From Sphingobacterium sp. (GTDB lineage Bacteria > Bacteroidota > Bacteroidia > Sphingobacteriales > Sphingobacteriaceae), in contig JBMDWK010000025.1 in assembly GCA_048595255.1 (NCBI GenBank), forward strand, positions 4,342-68,341: 64,000 bases of DNA, in the 5' to 3' direction. Position numbers and translations under genes: made by a program. How positions within the stretch are numbered: the stretch's first letter is position 1; every line of letters starts with the position of its first letter. The notes beneath the pieces were generated by a model, which saw only the letters and a program-made list of their open reading frames with translations, ran no database searches and had not been told where the DNA came from. Shown here piece after piece: positions 1-10,307 of this stretch.

Positions 1-1
1 A

Positions 2-538
2 AATCTTCAGGTTAGAAATGAAGCTACAGAAATGGAGTTGATGCCCTTTTACAAGTTACATGATAGTCGTTATATCATCTATTGGCCAAAGGTGAATTCC
101 TCATCAGAATTGGCAGAACGACTGGTAAAATACGAACGTGATGATTACCAAAGAAAACTCAATGCCATCACAGTTGATCAAGTACACTGCGGACAACAAC
201 AATCAGAGTCGGATCATGCTATTCAATACGAACTTTCCAATACCGGATCGGATAATGGTGTACAATGGCGGAATGCAACGGGATGGTTTGCTTATGAATT
301 AGCGAACAAAAATAAGCGTGCGAAACTACTTTGGATAGCAGATTTAGAAGGTAATTCGCAAAATTTCAATGTGCTGATCAATGGAGCTGTTGTAACCCCT
401 ACCGAAGTAAATGCTGATGGTAGATACTATCTGCTGGAGGATATAAATGAAAATATTAAGGTAAAACTCCAGGCCTTGCCGAATCAATCGGTTCCCAAAA
501 TTAAGGAAGTTAGGCTTTTATCGAATAAAATAGATTAA
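2..538 (+). CDS. C-terminal part of a GH146/GH127 beta-L-arabinofuranosidase-family protein (5'-truncated by window edge)
   Basis: Frame is open from base 2. 'LMPFYKLHDSRYIIYW' and 'VDQVHCGQQQSESDH' resemble the C-terminal region of Bacteroidota GH127/146 proteins. The catalytic domain lies outside the window. Confidence 0.7.
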   Translation, partial: NLQVRNEATEMELMPFYKLHDSRYIIYWPKVNSSSELAERLVKYERDDYQRKLNAITVDQVHCGQQQSESDHAIQYELSNTGSDNGVQWRNATGWFAYELANKNKRAKLLWIADLEGNSQNFNVLINGAVVTPTEVNADGRYYLLEDINENIKVKLQALPNQSVPKIKEVRLLSNKID

Positions 539-559
539 CTCCTAACATACAAACTCGCC

Positions 560-2491
560 ATGATGAATTTGAAAAGAATTATTCTTCCTTTTATAATTGT
601 CTTTGCCAATAGTGTTTTTGCACAACAAGAGCCAGTTGAAACTCAATTCGAAGGCTATCTCTTTGCTTATTTTGAAGGGAAGAGCGATCCGATGAAGCGC
701 GAGCATTTGCGGTTTGCGACGAGTTCGGATGCTCTTAAATGGAAAGCTTTAAATAACAATCATGCAGTGATTTCTTCCGATACCATTTCGAGTACTGGAG
801 GTATTCGCGACCCTCACTTATTACGCGGAGAAAATAAAGGTTTTTATTTGGTAGCTACAGATATGAAGACTTTTAAGGATGGATGGGACAATAATCCGGG
901 TATTGTGATGATGTATTCGGACAATTTGGTGGATTGGAAACATCAGGTCATCAATCTTGAAAAATCGTATCCTAAAAAGTTTAAAAATGTAAAATGGGTA
1001 TGGGCACCTCAAACATTTTATGATGCCAAGAAGGATAAATATCTGGTGTATTTCACTGTTCGTTATCATCATAATGATAAGTTAGATTTTTATGCCGCAT
1101 ATGCAAATAAGGATTTTACAGGTTTTGAATCGGAACCTAAATTGCTATTCAGTCCCCAATATGGAGGTATCGATGGAGATATAATTTTTGATAAAGGAAT
1201 TTATCACTTCTTCTACAAAGGAAACACCAAGGATGCAGCTGGCAAAGAATTCCAAAATGGTATCAAAGTGGCCACTTCAGCATCACTCTGGGGACCTTGG
1301 AGAGAAAATGAAGGATATGTAGACAGTTATGCAGATACATCTACTGTGGTAGAAGGATCTAGTATATTCAAACTCAATAATTCGGACGAATATATTCTGA
1401 TGTATGACGTATACGCAGATGGTCGCTATGAGTTTCAAAGAAGCACAGATTTATCTTCTTTTACACAAAAGCCTGAGACATTTACAAAGAATTTTGATCC
1501 GCGTCACGGCAGCATAATCTCTATTACGAAAGAAGAAGCTAGGAATTTGGATCGCAAATGGGGAGGTGTGGTGCCGGAGTTAGTTCAGCCAACGAAAAAA
1601 AATGATCGCTATGTATTCCAATCCAAAGGAAATCCTATTATTACACACCATTACACGGCAGATCCAGCTGCATTGGTTATGAATGATACGTTATGGATGT
1701 ATACAGGACATGATTTTGAAGGTGGGCAGCGTGATTACATCATGCGCGACTGGTTGGTGTATTCGACTACCGATATGAAAACTTGGACTGAATATCCAGT
1801 TCCACTGAAAGTAACAGACTTTGAGTGGGCGACTAGCAAGTCTGCATTTGCGGGCCATGTGGCAGAAAGAAATGGAAAATACTATTGGTATATCAGTACA
1901 AATTGGACAGGAATAGGTGTGGCTGTCGCGGATCGGCCTGAGGGTCCTTTCAAAGATGCTTTAGGAAAACCCTTATTGACCAATGAAGATTGTTTTGCTT
2001 CTACACATTCTTGGGCATGTATTGATCCTGCAATTTTTATTGATGATGACGGTACACCTTGGATATTTTGGGGTAATAGAGAATGCTATTATGCGAAGTT
2101 GAAAGATAATATGATTGAAATCGATGGGGAAATCAAACAAATTGATTTTGAAGGTTTTTCTTTCACAGAAGCTCCTTGGATGCATAAATATAAGGATAAG
2201 TATTATTTGACCTATGCAACAGAATTTCCTGAAAAGATAGCTTATGCAATGGCCGACAATGTCGAAGGACCATATGAATATAAAGGAATATTGAATGAGA
2301 TAGCTGGAAATAGCAATACCAACCATCAATCTATTGTGGAATTTAAAGGGGAATGGTACTTCCTTTATCATAATGGAGGAATTCAGACCGACGGGGGAAG
2401 TTATAGTCGTTCGGTATGCATTGATCGTATGGAGTATAATGCGGACGGTACAATCAAGCGCATTATTATGACTACTGAAGGAATATTATAA
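560..2491 (+). CDS. Secreted double-domain GH43 glycoside hydrolase (probable alpha-L-arabinofuranosidase)
   Basis: Signal peptide. Domain 1 motifs YLFAYF/IRDPH/WAPQ/IDGD/VEGS; domain 2 motifs NPII..YTADPA/WAC IDPA/FTEAPW/NHQS, typical of five-bladed GH43. Confidence 0.88.
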   Translation: MMNLKRIILPFIIVFANSVFAQQEPVETQFEGYLFAYFEGKSDPMKREHLRFATSSDALKWKALNNNHAVISSDTISSTGGIRDPHLLRGENKGFYLVATDMKTFKDGWDNNPGIVMMYSDNLVDWKHQVINLEKSYPKKFKNVKWVWAPQTFYDAKKDKYLVYFTVRYHHNDKLDFYAAYANKDFTGFESEPKLLFSPQYGGIDGDIIFDKGIYHFFYKGNTKDAAGKEFQNGIKVATSASLWGPWRENEGYVDSYADTSTVVEGSSIFKLNNSDEYILMYDVYADGRYEFQRSTDLSSFTQKPETFTKNFDPRHGSIISITKEEARNLDRKWGGVVPELVQPTKKNDRYVFQSKGNPIITHHYTADPAALVMNDTLWMYTGHDFEGGQRDYIMRDWLVYSTTDMKTWTEYPVPLKVTDFEWATSKSAFAGHVAERNGKYYWYISTNWTGIGVAVADRPEGPFKDALGKPLLTNEDCFASTHSWACIDPAIFIDDDGTPWIFWGNRECYYAKLKDNMIEIDGEIKQIDFEGFSFTEAPWMHKYKDKYYLTYATEFPEKIAYAMADNVEGPYEYKGILNEIAGNSNTNHQSIVEFKGEWYFLYHNGGIQTDGGSYSRSVCIDRMEYNADGTIKRIIMTTEGIL

Positions 2492-2532
2492 AAATAACAT
2501 AGCAGCATTAACTAACGGATTAGAAGGATAGA

Positions 2533-4452
2533 ATGAAACTACAACAACACAAAATTGCAATACTAATATTTTTTATTTTTCAAAGTATAGGGCATTATAC
2601 CTGTGCTCAAGAATATAAATCAGGGCCTGCCGAAAAAGATTATATAGGCTATTTATTCACGTATTTCAAAGGAAATGCCGTGGTAGATGAGGCTGTGTGC
2701 TATGCAGTGAGCACCGACGGATATAATTTTAAGACATTAAATAATAACCAACCTATTCTAAATTCTTCGGTCATCAGTTTGACAGGAGGGGTTCGTGATC
2801 CGCATATATTGCGCGGTCAGGATGGCAAGACTTTTTATATGGTCATCACGGATATGACTTCGAGTAAAGGTTGGGATTCCAATCGCGCCATGGTGCTATT
2901 GAAGTCAGATGATTTGATTAATTGGACACATTCTAATATCCATATTCAAAAGCGATTCATAGGTCATGATGATCTTAAACGTGTGTGGGCTCCCCAAACT
3001 ATTTATGATGAGTCGGTTGGGAAATATATGATTTATTGGTCAATGCAGCATGGTGATGGACCTGATATTATCTATTATTCCTATGCTAATGCAGATTTTA
3101 CGGATCTAGAAACAGAACCAAAACCTTTGTTTATTCCAAAAAACAAAAAATCCTGTATCGACGGCGATATCATTAATAAAAATGGTTTATTCTATCTTTT
3201 TTATAAAACAGAAGGTGATGGAAATGGTCTGCGCCTTGCGATTACGGATTCATTGACTTCGGGAAAATGGATTGAACAGCCAGGATACAAGCAACAGACA
3301 CAAGATGCGGTGGAAGGGTCGAGTATTTTTAAATTAAATCATTCGGACAAATACATTCTTATGTATGATGTCTATACCAAAGGCCGTTATGAATTTTGTG
3401 AGAGTGTAGATTTAGATAGATTTGAATTAATAGATCAAAATATATCGATGGATTTTCACCCAAGACATGGCTCTATTATTCCTATTTCAAGGTCTGAATT
3501 GATAGCCTTGACCGATAAATGGGGTAAACCGGAAGGTATTGAAATTCCTAAATCTAATAATCCTGTTTTAGAAGGCTATTATGCGGATCCAGACATTATT
3601 TATTCGCATAAACATAAAAAATATTACTTATATCCTACGAGTGATGGGTTTGATGGTTGGGGTGGCTATTATTTCAAGGCTTTCTCTTCCGACAATCTAA
3701 AAGATTGGAAGGATGAAGGTGTTATCTTGGATTTGAAAAAAGATGTGCCTTGGGGAAGTCGAAATGCTTGGGCGCCAACTATTACGGAGAAAAAGATAGG
3801 AAAAAATTATAAATACTTCTATTACTTCACAGCAGCGCAGAATATAGGTGTTGCGGTTGCGGATGAGCCAACTGGCCCTTTCAAAGATTCGGGTAAGGCA
3901 TTGATAGATTTCAAACCTGAGGGAGTACAAGGGGGACAAGAAATAGATCCAGCGGTGTTTAATGATCCAAAATCGGGTAAGAGCTACTTGTATTGGGGAA
4001 ATGGTTATTTGGCGGTAGCCGAATTGGAAAAGGATATGGTGAATATCAAGAAAAACACAATAAAGACCATTACACCCGATCGTACTTTTAGGGAAGGTGC
4101 TTTTGTAATTTATAGGCAAGGTAAATACTATTTCTTTTGGTCTGAAGACGACACAAGAAGTCCAAATTATAGTGTACGCTATGGCTATGCGGATTCACCA
4201 GTGGGTCCTATAACTGTTCCCGAGAATAATAAGATCTTACAAAAGGATGCCTCGAAAGGTATTTATGGACCAGGGCATAATTCTGTTATTCAGGTGCCTG
4301 GAAAGGATGAATGGTATATCGTCTATCATCGTTTTAGCATTCCAAATGGTGTTAAAATGGGAGATGCGGCTGGGTTTCACCGCGAAGTATGTATAGACCC
4401 CCTTGTATTTGACGAGAAGGGATATATTTTACCAGTTAATCCAAGCCTATAA
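2533..4452 (+). CDS. Secreted double-domain GH43 glycoside hydrolase
   Basis: Signal peptide. Domain 1 YLFTYF/VRDPH/WAPQ/IDGD/VEGS; domain 2 NPVLEGYYADPD/WAP/IDPA/FREG/GPGHNS. Confidence 0.88.
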   Translation: MKLQQHKIAILIFFIFQSIGHYTCAQEYKSGPAEKDYIGYLFTYFKGNAVVDEAVCYAVSTDGYNFKTLNNNQPILNSSVISLTGGVRDPHILRGQDGKTFYMVITDMTSSKGWDSNRAMVLLKSDDLINWTHSNIHIQKRFIGHDDLKRVWAPQTIYDESVGKYMIYWSMQHGDGPDIIYYSYANADFTDLETEPKPLFIPKNKKSCIDGDIINKNGLFYLFYKTEGDGNGLRLAITDSLTSGKWIEQPGYKQQTQDAVEGSSIFKLNHSDKYILMYDVYTKGRYEFCESVDLDRFELIDQNISMDFHPRHGSIIPISRSELIALTDKWGKPEGIEIPKSNNPVLEGYYADPDIIYSHKHKKYYLYPTSDGFDGWGGYYFKAFSSDNLKDWKDEGVILDLKKDVPWGSRNAWAPTITEKKIGKNYKYFYYFTAAQNIGVAVADEPTGPFKDSGKALIDFKPEGVQGGQEIDPAVFNDPKSGKSYLYWGNGYLAVAELEKDMVNIKKNTIKTITPDRTFREGAFVIYRQGKYYFFWSEDDTRSPNYSVRYGYADSPVGPITVPENNKILQKDASKGIYGPGHNSVIQVPGKDEWYIVYHRFSIPNGVKMGDAAGFHREVCIDPLVFDEKGYILPVNPSL

Positions 4453-6938
4453 TGAATCTTATTGCAAAACTACTTTTAAGCCATCTCCTATATTTTTGTT
4501 TTTTAGCTATCTCATTAGCACAACCAGGTTTTGGTGAGCCGACGAAGCTAAATAAGGGCTGGTTTTTCAAATTAGGTGATATACAGAATGGACAAAACCT
4601 AACTCAATTCGATCCTTCATTTCAACGATTAGATTTACCGCACGACTGGTCTGTAAAACAAAGTTTGAGTCCTACATTAGCAAGTGCTACAGGCTATTTG
4701 CCTGGCGGCATCGCTTGGTATTATAAAGTGGTGAATTTTTCGAAAGAAGATGCAGGAAAGAAATACTATGCATACTTCGAAGGGGTATATAATCGCAGTG
4801 ATGTATATATCAATGGACAATCATTAGGTCATCGCCCTAACGGTTACGTTTCATTTATGTATGATTTGTCTGCTCATATCAAGTACGGTGAACAGAATGT
4901 TATCGCTGTTCGAGTGAATCACAGTCAAGATGCAGATTCTCGCTGGTATACGGGATCTGGTATTTATCGTAACGTTTGGTTAGTCAAATCCGAGCCTGTA
5001 CATATAGATTTGTGGGGTGTATACTGCTATCCAGAGTTGAGTAAGGATAACGGAACGTTGCAGGTAGAATTGAACTTGGTTAACCACCTAAGTACTACAA
5101 AAAAATTAAAAGTGCAATACGAGCTTATTGATCCATTGGGTAAAGTTGTAGCTTTTAAAAGTGCATCAGAGAATATTCTTGCAAATGAAAAAAGAGTTTT
5201 CAAATCCAATCTCAATGTTTCCAAACCCCAACTTTGGTCCGTTGAGTCACCTCAATTATACCAATTGAAAACTAAAATTTTTGATAATAACAAATTGATT
5301 GATAGTAGCACCGTTAATACTGGTTTTCGTAAATTCACTTTTGACCCCAATAAGGGCTTTGCTTTGAATGATAAATGGATGAAAGTAAAAGGAATCTGTT
5401 TTCACCATGATGCAGGGGTATTGGGAGCCGAAGTGTATAAGGAGGTGTGGGAACGCCGTTTGTTGAATCTCAAAAAAATAGGGGTGAATGCAGTGCGCAC
5501 GAGTCACAATCCTCAATCTCCGATTATTTATGAATTGTGTGATAGGCTTGGGCTATTGGTGTTGAACGAAGTATACGATGAATGGGAATTCCCTAAACGT
5601 AAATGGCTTCAAGGCTGGAATATAGGCACTCCTGGTTTTCAAGGTACATTCGATTTTTTTGAAGAATGGGGCGAACGAGACTTAGCCGATATAGTGCGAC
5701 GCGATCGCAACCATCTATCTGTATTTGCATGGAGTATTGGTAATGAAGTGGATTATCCGAATGATCCCTATTCTCACCCTATATTGAACGGTGACAAAAA
5801 CCAAGGTTTTACGCAAGCTATCTATGGCGGATACAAGAAAGACGCTCCTGATGCGATGCGTTTGGGAATTATTGCTAAGAAGTTAACAGCGGTAGTGAAA
5901 AAATACGATCAAAGTCGCCCTGTGACAGCTGGTCTGGCTGGCGTAGCTATGTCCAATGAAACAGAATACCCTGGCGCCTTAGATATTACCGGTTACAATT
6001 ATACGGAGAGCAAATATCACGAGGATCACAAGAGATATCCAAATCGTATAATCTTTGGCAGTGAAAACAGACATGATTTGGCTGCTTGGAAAGCAGTGGT
6101 AGATAATGATTTCATTTTTGGTCAATTCTTATGGACGGGGATTGATTATTTAGGAGAATCAAGAGCATGGCCTTCTCGTGGATTTTATTCGGGATTAATG
6201 GATTTGGGCGGTTTCATCAAACCGAGAGGCTATTTTAGACAATCTCTCTGGGCTGAAGAACCTATGATTTATATCGGAACATACCCATTATCAGATACTA
6301 AGTGGGAAAATAATTCTTTTGTTTTTGAAATCAATGAACGTCGTAAACTTGATCCCCCATCTATTGACGCATGGCCTCATTGGAATTATCAATCTGGACA
6401 ATTAGTTCGTGTAGTGGTTTATACCAATGCAACGCAAGCTTACTTGTTATTAAATGGAAAACCAATTGACGAAAAAAAATCGGATAAAGGTAGTTTTGGT
6501 GTTCTATATTGGGATGTACCATACTCCGCAGGCATATTGGAAGCTATTGGATTAGATGAGAATGGTAAAGAAATATCTCGTCATTCGATACAGACAAGTG
6601 GTCGTCCTGATGCGATTACTGTCAATCAAGAGCAAATTGAAGTGGCGAAGAATGATGGTGCAGGACAAATTGAAATTCAAATTGTTGATGCAAAAGGAAT
6701 ACCCGTATCATTATCAGAGGAGGAAATTACTTTTGAATCTACACCCAATATTAGATTGTTGGGTATGGAAGCAGGGAATAATTCAGATATGACAAGTTAT
6801 ACCGATAATCGGCATCGCGTATTTAGGGGTAGAATGATTATTTATTTCAAATCGCACGATGAAACAAGTAAGGAAGGTAAAATTTTGCTAAAATCAGACT
6901 GGCTGAAACCAAAGGAAGTGACCGTTATATTTAAATAA
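4452..6938 (+). CDS. GH2 glycoside hydrolase (beta-galactosidase-like)
   Basis: LPHDW, YFEGVY, RWYTGSGIYRNV, RTSHNP, WSIGNEV (acid/base) and FGSE (nucleophile) motifs. Start overlaps the upstream stop (TAATG). Confidence 0.92.
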   Translation: MNLIAKLLLSHLLYFCFLAISLAQPGFGEPTKLNKGWFFKLGDIQNGQNLTQFDPSFQRLDLPHDWSVKQSLSPTLASATGYLPGGIAWYYKVVNFSKEDAGKKYYAYFEGVYNRSDVYINGQSLGHRPNGYVSFMYDLSAHIKYGEQNVIAVRVNHSQDADSRWYTGSGIYRNVWLVKSEPVHIDLWGVYCYPELSKDNGTLQVELNLVNHLSTTKKLKVQYELIDPLGKVVAFKSASENILANEKRVFKSNLNVSKPQLWSVESPQLYQLKTKIFDNNKLIDSSTVNTGFRKFTFDPNKGFALNDKWMKVKGICFHHDAGVLGAEVYKEVWERRLLNLKKIGVNAVRTSHNPQSPIIYELCDRLGLLVLNEVYDEWEFPKRKWLQGWNIGTPGFQGTFDFFEEWGERDLADIVRRDRNHLSVFAWSIGNEVDYPNDPYSHPILNGDKNQGFTQAIYGGYKKDAPDAMRLGIIAKKLTAVVKKYDQSRPVTAGLAGVAMSNETEYPGALDITGYNYTESKYHEDHKRYPNRIIFGSENRHDLAAWKAVVDNDFIFGQFLWTGIDYLGESRAWPSRGFYSGLMDLGGFIKPRGYFRQSLWAEEPMIYIGTYPLSDTKWENNSFVFEINERRKLDPPSIDAWPHWNYQSGQLVRVVVYTNATQAYLLLNGKPIDEKKSDKGSFGVLYWDVPYSAGILEAIGLDENGKEISRHSIQTSGRPDAITVNQEQIEVAKNDGAGQIEIQIVDAKGIPVSLSEEEITFESTPNIRLLGMEAGNNSDMTSYTDNRHRVFRGRMIIYFKSHDETSKEGKILLKSDWLKPKEVTVIFK

Positions 6939-6971
6939 TATAAGGAAACGTAGAATTTGGAAATGCGTCGG

Positions 6972-7002
6972 AGGCTATAATAATATATTGTAGCCTTTTT
7001 TC
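6972..7002 (+). terminator. Intrinsic terminator after the GH operon
   Basis: AGGCTATA...TGTAGCCT stem (one G-U) followed by a T-run. Confidence 0.65.
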
Positions 7003-7059
7003 TTAAAGTGCTTCTTGCAGAATATTCTAATGAAGTTTCAAACGGTATTTATTTTTTTG

Positions 7060-7124
7060 GTTAAAATACGATTCTATGTAGTTAATATTTGAAGTATAAA
7101 GGCTTGATTTTGAATTTAAATTTG
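7060..7124 (+). promoter_or_regulatory. susC1 promoter: direct-repeat activator site plus -7 box
   Basis: GTTAAAAT (7060) and GTTAATAT (7081) 21 bp apart; TAAATTTG at 7117 matches Bacteroidota TAnnTTTG. Confidence 0.7.
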
Positions 7125-7161
7125 GTAGTTAAAACTACCAATCATTACTAAATTATTTAAA

Positions 7162-10100
7162 ATGAGAGCCATTTTACTATTTGTATCGCTTTTGTTTTCC
7201 ATACATTGTTTTGGACAGCAAATCAAAGGTATCGTGGTAGACCAAGACAACAAGCCCATCGCTGGTGCTACTGTTCGGAATCTACAGACATCGTTGAATA
7301 CACAAACCAATCTTAAGGGAGAATTCGTCTTGAACGGCATGATCAATCAAGAGTTTGAAGTGCATTACATTGGATACGAACGACTTCGGGTTAAAGTCAA
7401 TCAGGCCGAGATGCGTATCCAATTGTTAGAAACATTAAGCACATTGGATGAAGCCGTGGTCATTGGTTATCAAACTGTATCCCGAAAAAAAGCTACAGCT
7501 GCTATTTCAAGTATTTCGGGTAAAGAGTTAGAAAATATTCCGGCCGCAAGTTTCGACATGCTACTGCAAGGGAGGCTTGCAGGTGTGAATGTTCAAAACT
7601 TTACAGGAGCACCCGGCGCAGCACCAACTTTATCCGTAAGGGGGTCCTCTGCGGTGAGTACAGCTTATTCAGGAGATGATTATTACAATGTTATTTCTAG
7701 TCCTTTGTATGTCATTGATGGAGTTCCTCAGCCTACAGAACAGTTTGTCGGCCCTAACACCGGAACAGGGACCAACTATCTTGCAGGTTTGAATCCAAAT
7801 GATATTGAATCTGTAGACGTGCTGCGTGATGCTTCTGCTGCTGCAATCTATGGGTCTAGAGCTGCAAATGGTGTTGTAATGATTACGACAAAAAAAGGTA
7901 TTAATGGAGAACCAAGAGTACAATTAACAGCTTATTCGGGACTAACTCAACGGCCAGAACTTAGGGAGGTCACTATTGGAGCTGCCGAGAGACGGCAAAA
8001 ATTGGGCGTATTAAATAATCAGCTCTCTGAGAATGATTTAAGATACCTTCCTTATCTTTTGACGGACTCCTTAAATCCAGCTTTCAATGGAAATACGGAT
8101 TGGCAAGATTTATTTTATCAAAGAGGTGCAGTAAACAGCGTAAATATGGCTGTGACGGGTGGTAGTGGAACCACAAATTATCGTTTTAGTGGGGACTATT
8201 TTAATGAGGATGGAATTATTAAGGCTACAGGCTTTCAGCGGTTTAGTGGTCGTTTAAATTTAGCGACTAAAGCGTTGAAAGAACGTCTGATGATCAATCC
8301 TATAGTGGCCTACTCGTATTCAACCCGTGATAGAGGTAATGGAAGTTCTTCGAGCCCAATAGCTTTGGGAGCGGGTAATATGCCTTCTTCATTATTTAAT
8401 CTTTCGGACGAAAAGCGGGAATTCTTATTAGGTCAATACGATTCGAATTTGGATGTCAACGAGAATACAAATTTGAATGCTAACCTTAACTTGCATTTAC
8501 AGATTTTGCCGAATTTAAAATTTACGTCGCAATCATCTTATATCATCAACTCCGCAAAACGTGATTACAACCGTCCAGCAGCTTTGATGAGCGGTGCAGG
8601 AAACTATTCTTACGCATACGCGTATGGCGACAACCAATTGCGTATTTCGAATATATTATCCTACACCAATTCATTTGGGAAACACAATTTGGACGTTTTC
8701 ATAGGTCAAGAAGCGGAAAAGAATAGACTAAATACTGTCGGAGCTTGGGGAAGTCAAGGGGTCTCCGATCAGATTAAAGTGGTTAATGGTTTTTTGCAAA
8801 ATAATATCGGCGCTTCCTCTGATATTCAACGTTGGACCCAACTGTCCTTCTTAAGCCGTTTGACTTACGACTTTGATGATAAATATTTATTCTCAGGAGC
8901 CATTCGTGCAGATGGTTCTTCACGCTTTGGAGCCAATAATAAGTGGGGATATTTCCCTTCGGTGTCTGCTGGGTGGATACTTTCCGAAGAAGATTTCCTA
9001 AAAGATTCAGAATGGTTAAGCTTGCTGAAAATTCGAGGCAGTTACGGATTAACAGGAGCATTGCCGGGAAGTAATTATTTACAATATAACTTGTACAATG
9101 TAAATGCTGGGGCCTACCAAGGTAACGATAACTCAGCTTCATACAATGGACAAGTGGTTATTAGACCTAATTTCTATAATGGGGTAGCCCAAAGCAACTT
9201 AAGTTGGGAAAAAAATAAGCAATGGAATATCGGTACAGATATAAACCTTTATGGAGGTAAATTTTCATTTATGGTGGATATCTTCAACAAGGAAAATTAT
9301 GAAGGACTTTTTAATGTGGAATTACCGATAACTACAGGCTATGATATTGCTCAAACAAACTCTGTAGCCATTCGAAACTCAGGCTTAGATTTTCAATTCT
9401 CAGCAAGCATATTACCTAAATCCTCTACTGTAGATTGGCGCTCTAATTTTAATATTTCGTATGTCAAGAATCGGATTATGAGTCTTCCTAACGGTAACCG
9501 TGATTTGGTGATGAGCGGAGACCGATTTGATAAGTCTCATATTTTATCAGTGGGAAGCCCAGTTAATGCATTCTATTTGTATAAAACCTTAGGCGTATAT
9601 AGTACAATGGATGATATACCTGTAAACCCATATACCGGCGAAAGATATGGTAATTCTAATGGTCTATTTAATGCGGGTGATTTCTATTTTGCGGATTTAG
9701 ATGGCGATTATTTTATTGACGTTTTCAATAGTGGAATCAATCCTGATAAAATACCAATGGGAGATCCTAATTTCAAATGGGTAGGTGGTTGGAATAATAT
9801 TATTTCTTACAAAGACTTTTCGTTTACCTTTCATTTTACCTATGGCTTTGATCGAGACGTGTTGAATTTATTTGAGGCAGACCAATTTTCAAACTCTACA
9901 GCAGGAGACGCGGTTAGTAACTTTGTATATTATTCAACTCCAAATTTGGATAAACTAAATATATGGAGACAACCAGGTGATCAAGCAGAGTATGCTAAAT
10001 ATGACTTGGGAACATACCGTTATTATTATACTTCTGCACAATCATTCTTCTTAGAGAGGGGATCATATATCCGTTGGAAAAACTTTATTGTATCATACAA

Positions 10101-10293
10101 CTTACCTAAAAATACTATAAAGAAATTAGGCATATCAAACATGCGTGTCTTTGGATTGATGGATAATGTACTTATGTGGCAACAATCTAAAAAATTACCA
10201 GATGCAGAAGCGGTGAATCCTTATGGAGAGTACAATGGTGGGGGATATCCAATACCTCGTAAATACACAATAGGTTTAGAAATGTCACTATAA
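7162..10293 (+). CDS. susC: SusC/RagA TonB-dependent transporter (pair 1)
   Basis: N-terminal carboxypeptidase-regulatory-like domain, plug motifs 'PLYVIDGVP' and 'DASAAAIYGSRAANGVVMITTKKG', 'RADGSSRFG', 'LSWEK'; followed by a SusD-like gene. Confidence 0.95.
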   Translation: MRAILLFVSLLFSIHCFGQQIKGIVVDQDNKPIAGATVRNLQTSLNTQTNLKGEFVLNGMINQEFEVHYIGYERLRVKVNQAEMRIQLLETLSTLDEAVVIGYQTVSRKKATAAISSISGKELENIPAASFDMLLQGRLAGVNVQNFTGAPGAAPTLSVRGSSAVSTAYSGDDYYNVISSPLYVIDGVPQPTEQFVGPNTGTGTNYLAGLNPNDIESVDVLRDASAAAIYGSRAANGVVMITTKKGINGEPRVQLTAYSGLTQRPELREVTIGAAERRQKLGVLNNQLSENDLRYLPYLLTDSLNPAFNGNTDWQDLFYQRGAVNSVNMAVTGGSGTTNYRFSGDYFNEDGIIKATGFQRFSGRLNLATKALKERLMINPIVAYSYSTRDRGNGSSSSPIALGAGNMPSSLFNLSDEKREFLLGQYDSNLDVNENTNLNANLNLHLQILPNLKFTSQSSYIINSAKRDYNRPAALMSGAGNYSYAYAYGDNQLRISNILSYTNSFGKHNLDVFIGQEAEKNRLNTVGAWGSQGVSDQIKVVNGFLQNNIGASSDIQRWTQLSFLSRLTYDFDDKYLFSGAIRADGSSRFGANNKWGYFPSVSAGWILSEEDFLKDSEWLSLLKIRGSYGLTGALPGSNYLQYNLYNVNAGAYQGNDNSASYNGQVVIRPNFYNGVAQSNLSWEKNKQWNIGTDINLYGGKFSFMVDIFNKENYEGLFNVELPITTGYDIAQTNSVAIRNSGLDFQFSASILPKSSTVDWRSNFNISYVKNRIMSLPNGNRDLVMSGDRFDKSHILSVGSPVNAFYLYKTLGVYSTMDDIPVNPYTGERYGNSNGLFNAGDFYFADLDGDYFIDVFNSGINPDKIPMGDPNFKWVGGWNNIISYKDFSFTFHFTYGFDRDVLNLFEADQFSNSTAGDAVSNFVYYSTPNLDKLNIWRQPGDQAEYAKYDLGTYRYYYTSAQSFFLERGSYIRWKNFIVSYNLPKNTIKKLGISNMRVFGLMDNVLMWQQSKKLPDAEAVNPYGEYNGGGYPIPRKYTIGLEMSL

Positions 10294-10307
10294 AAATTTT
10301 TAGAATC

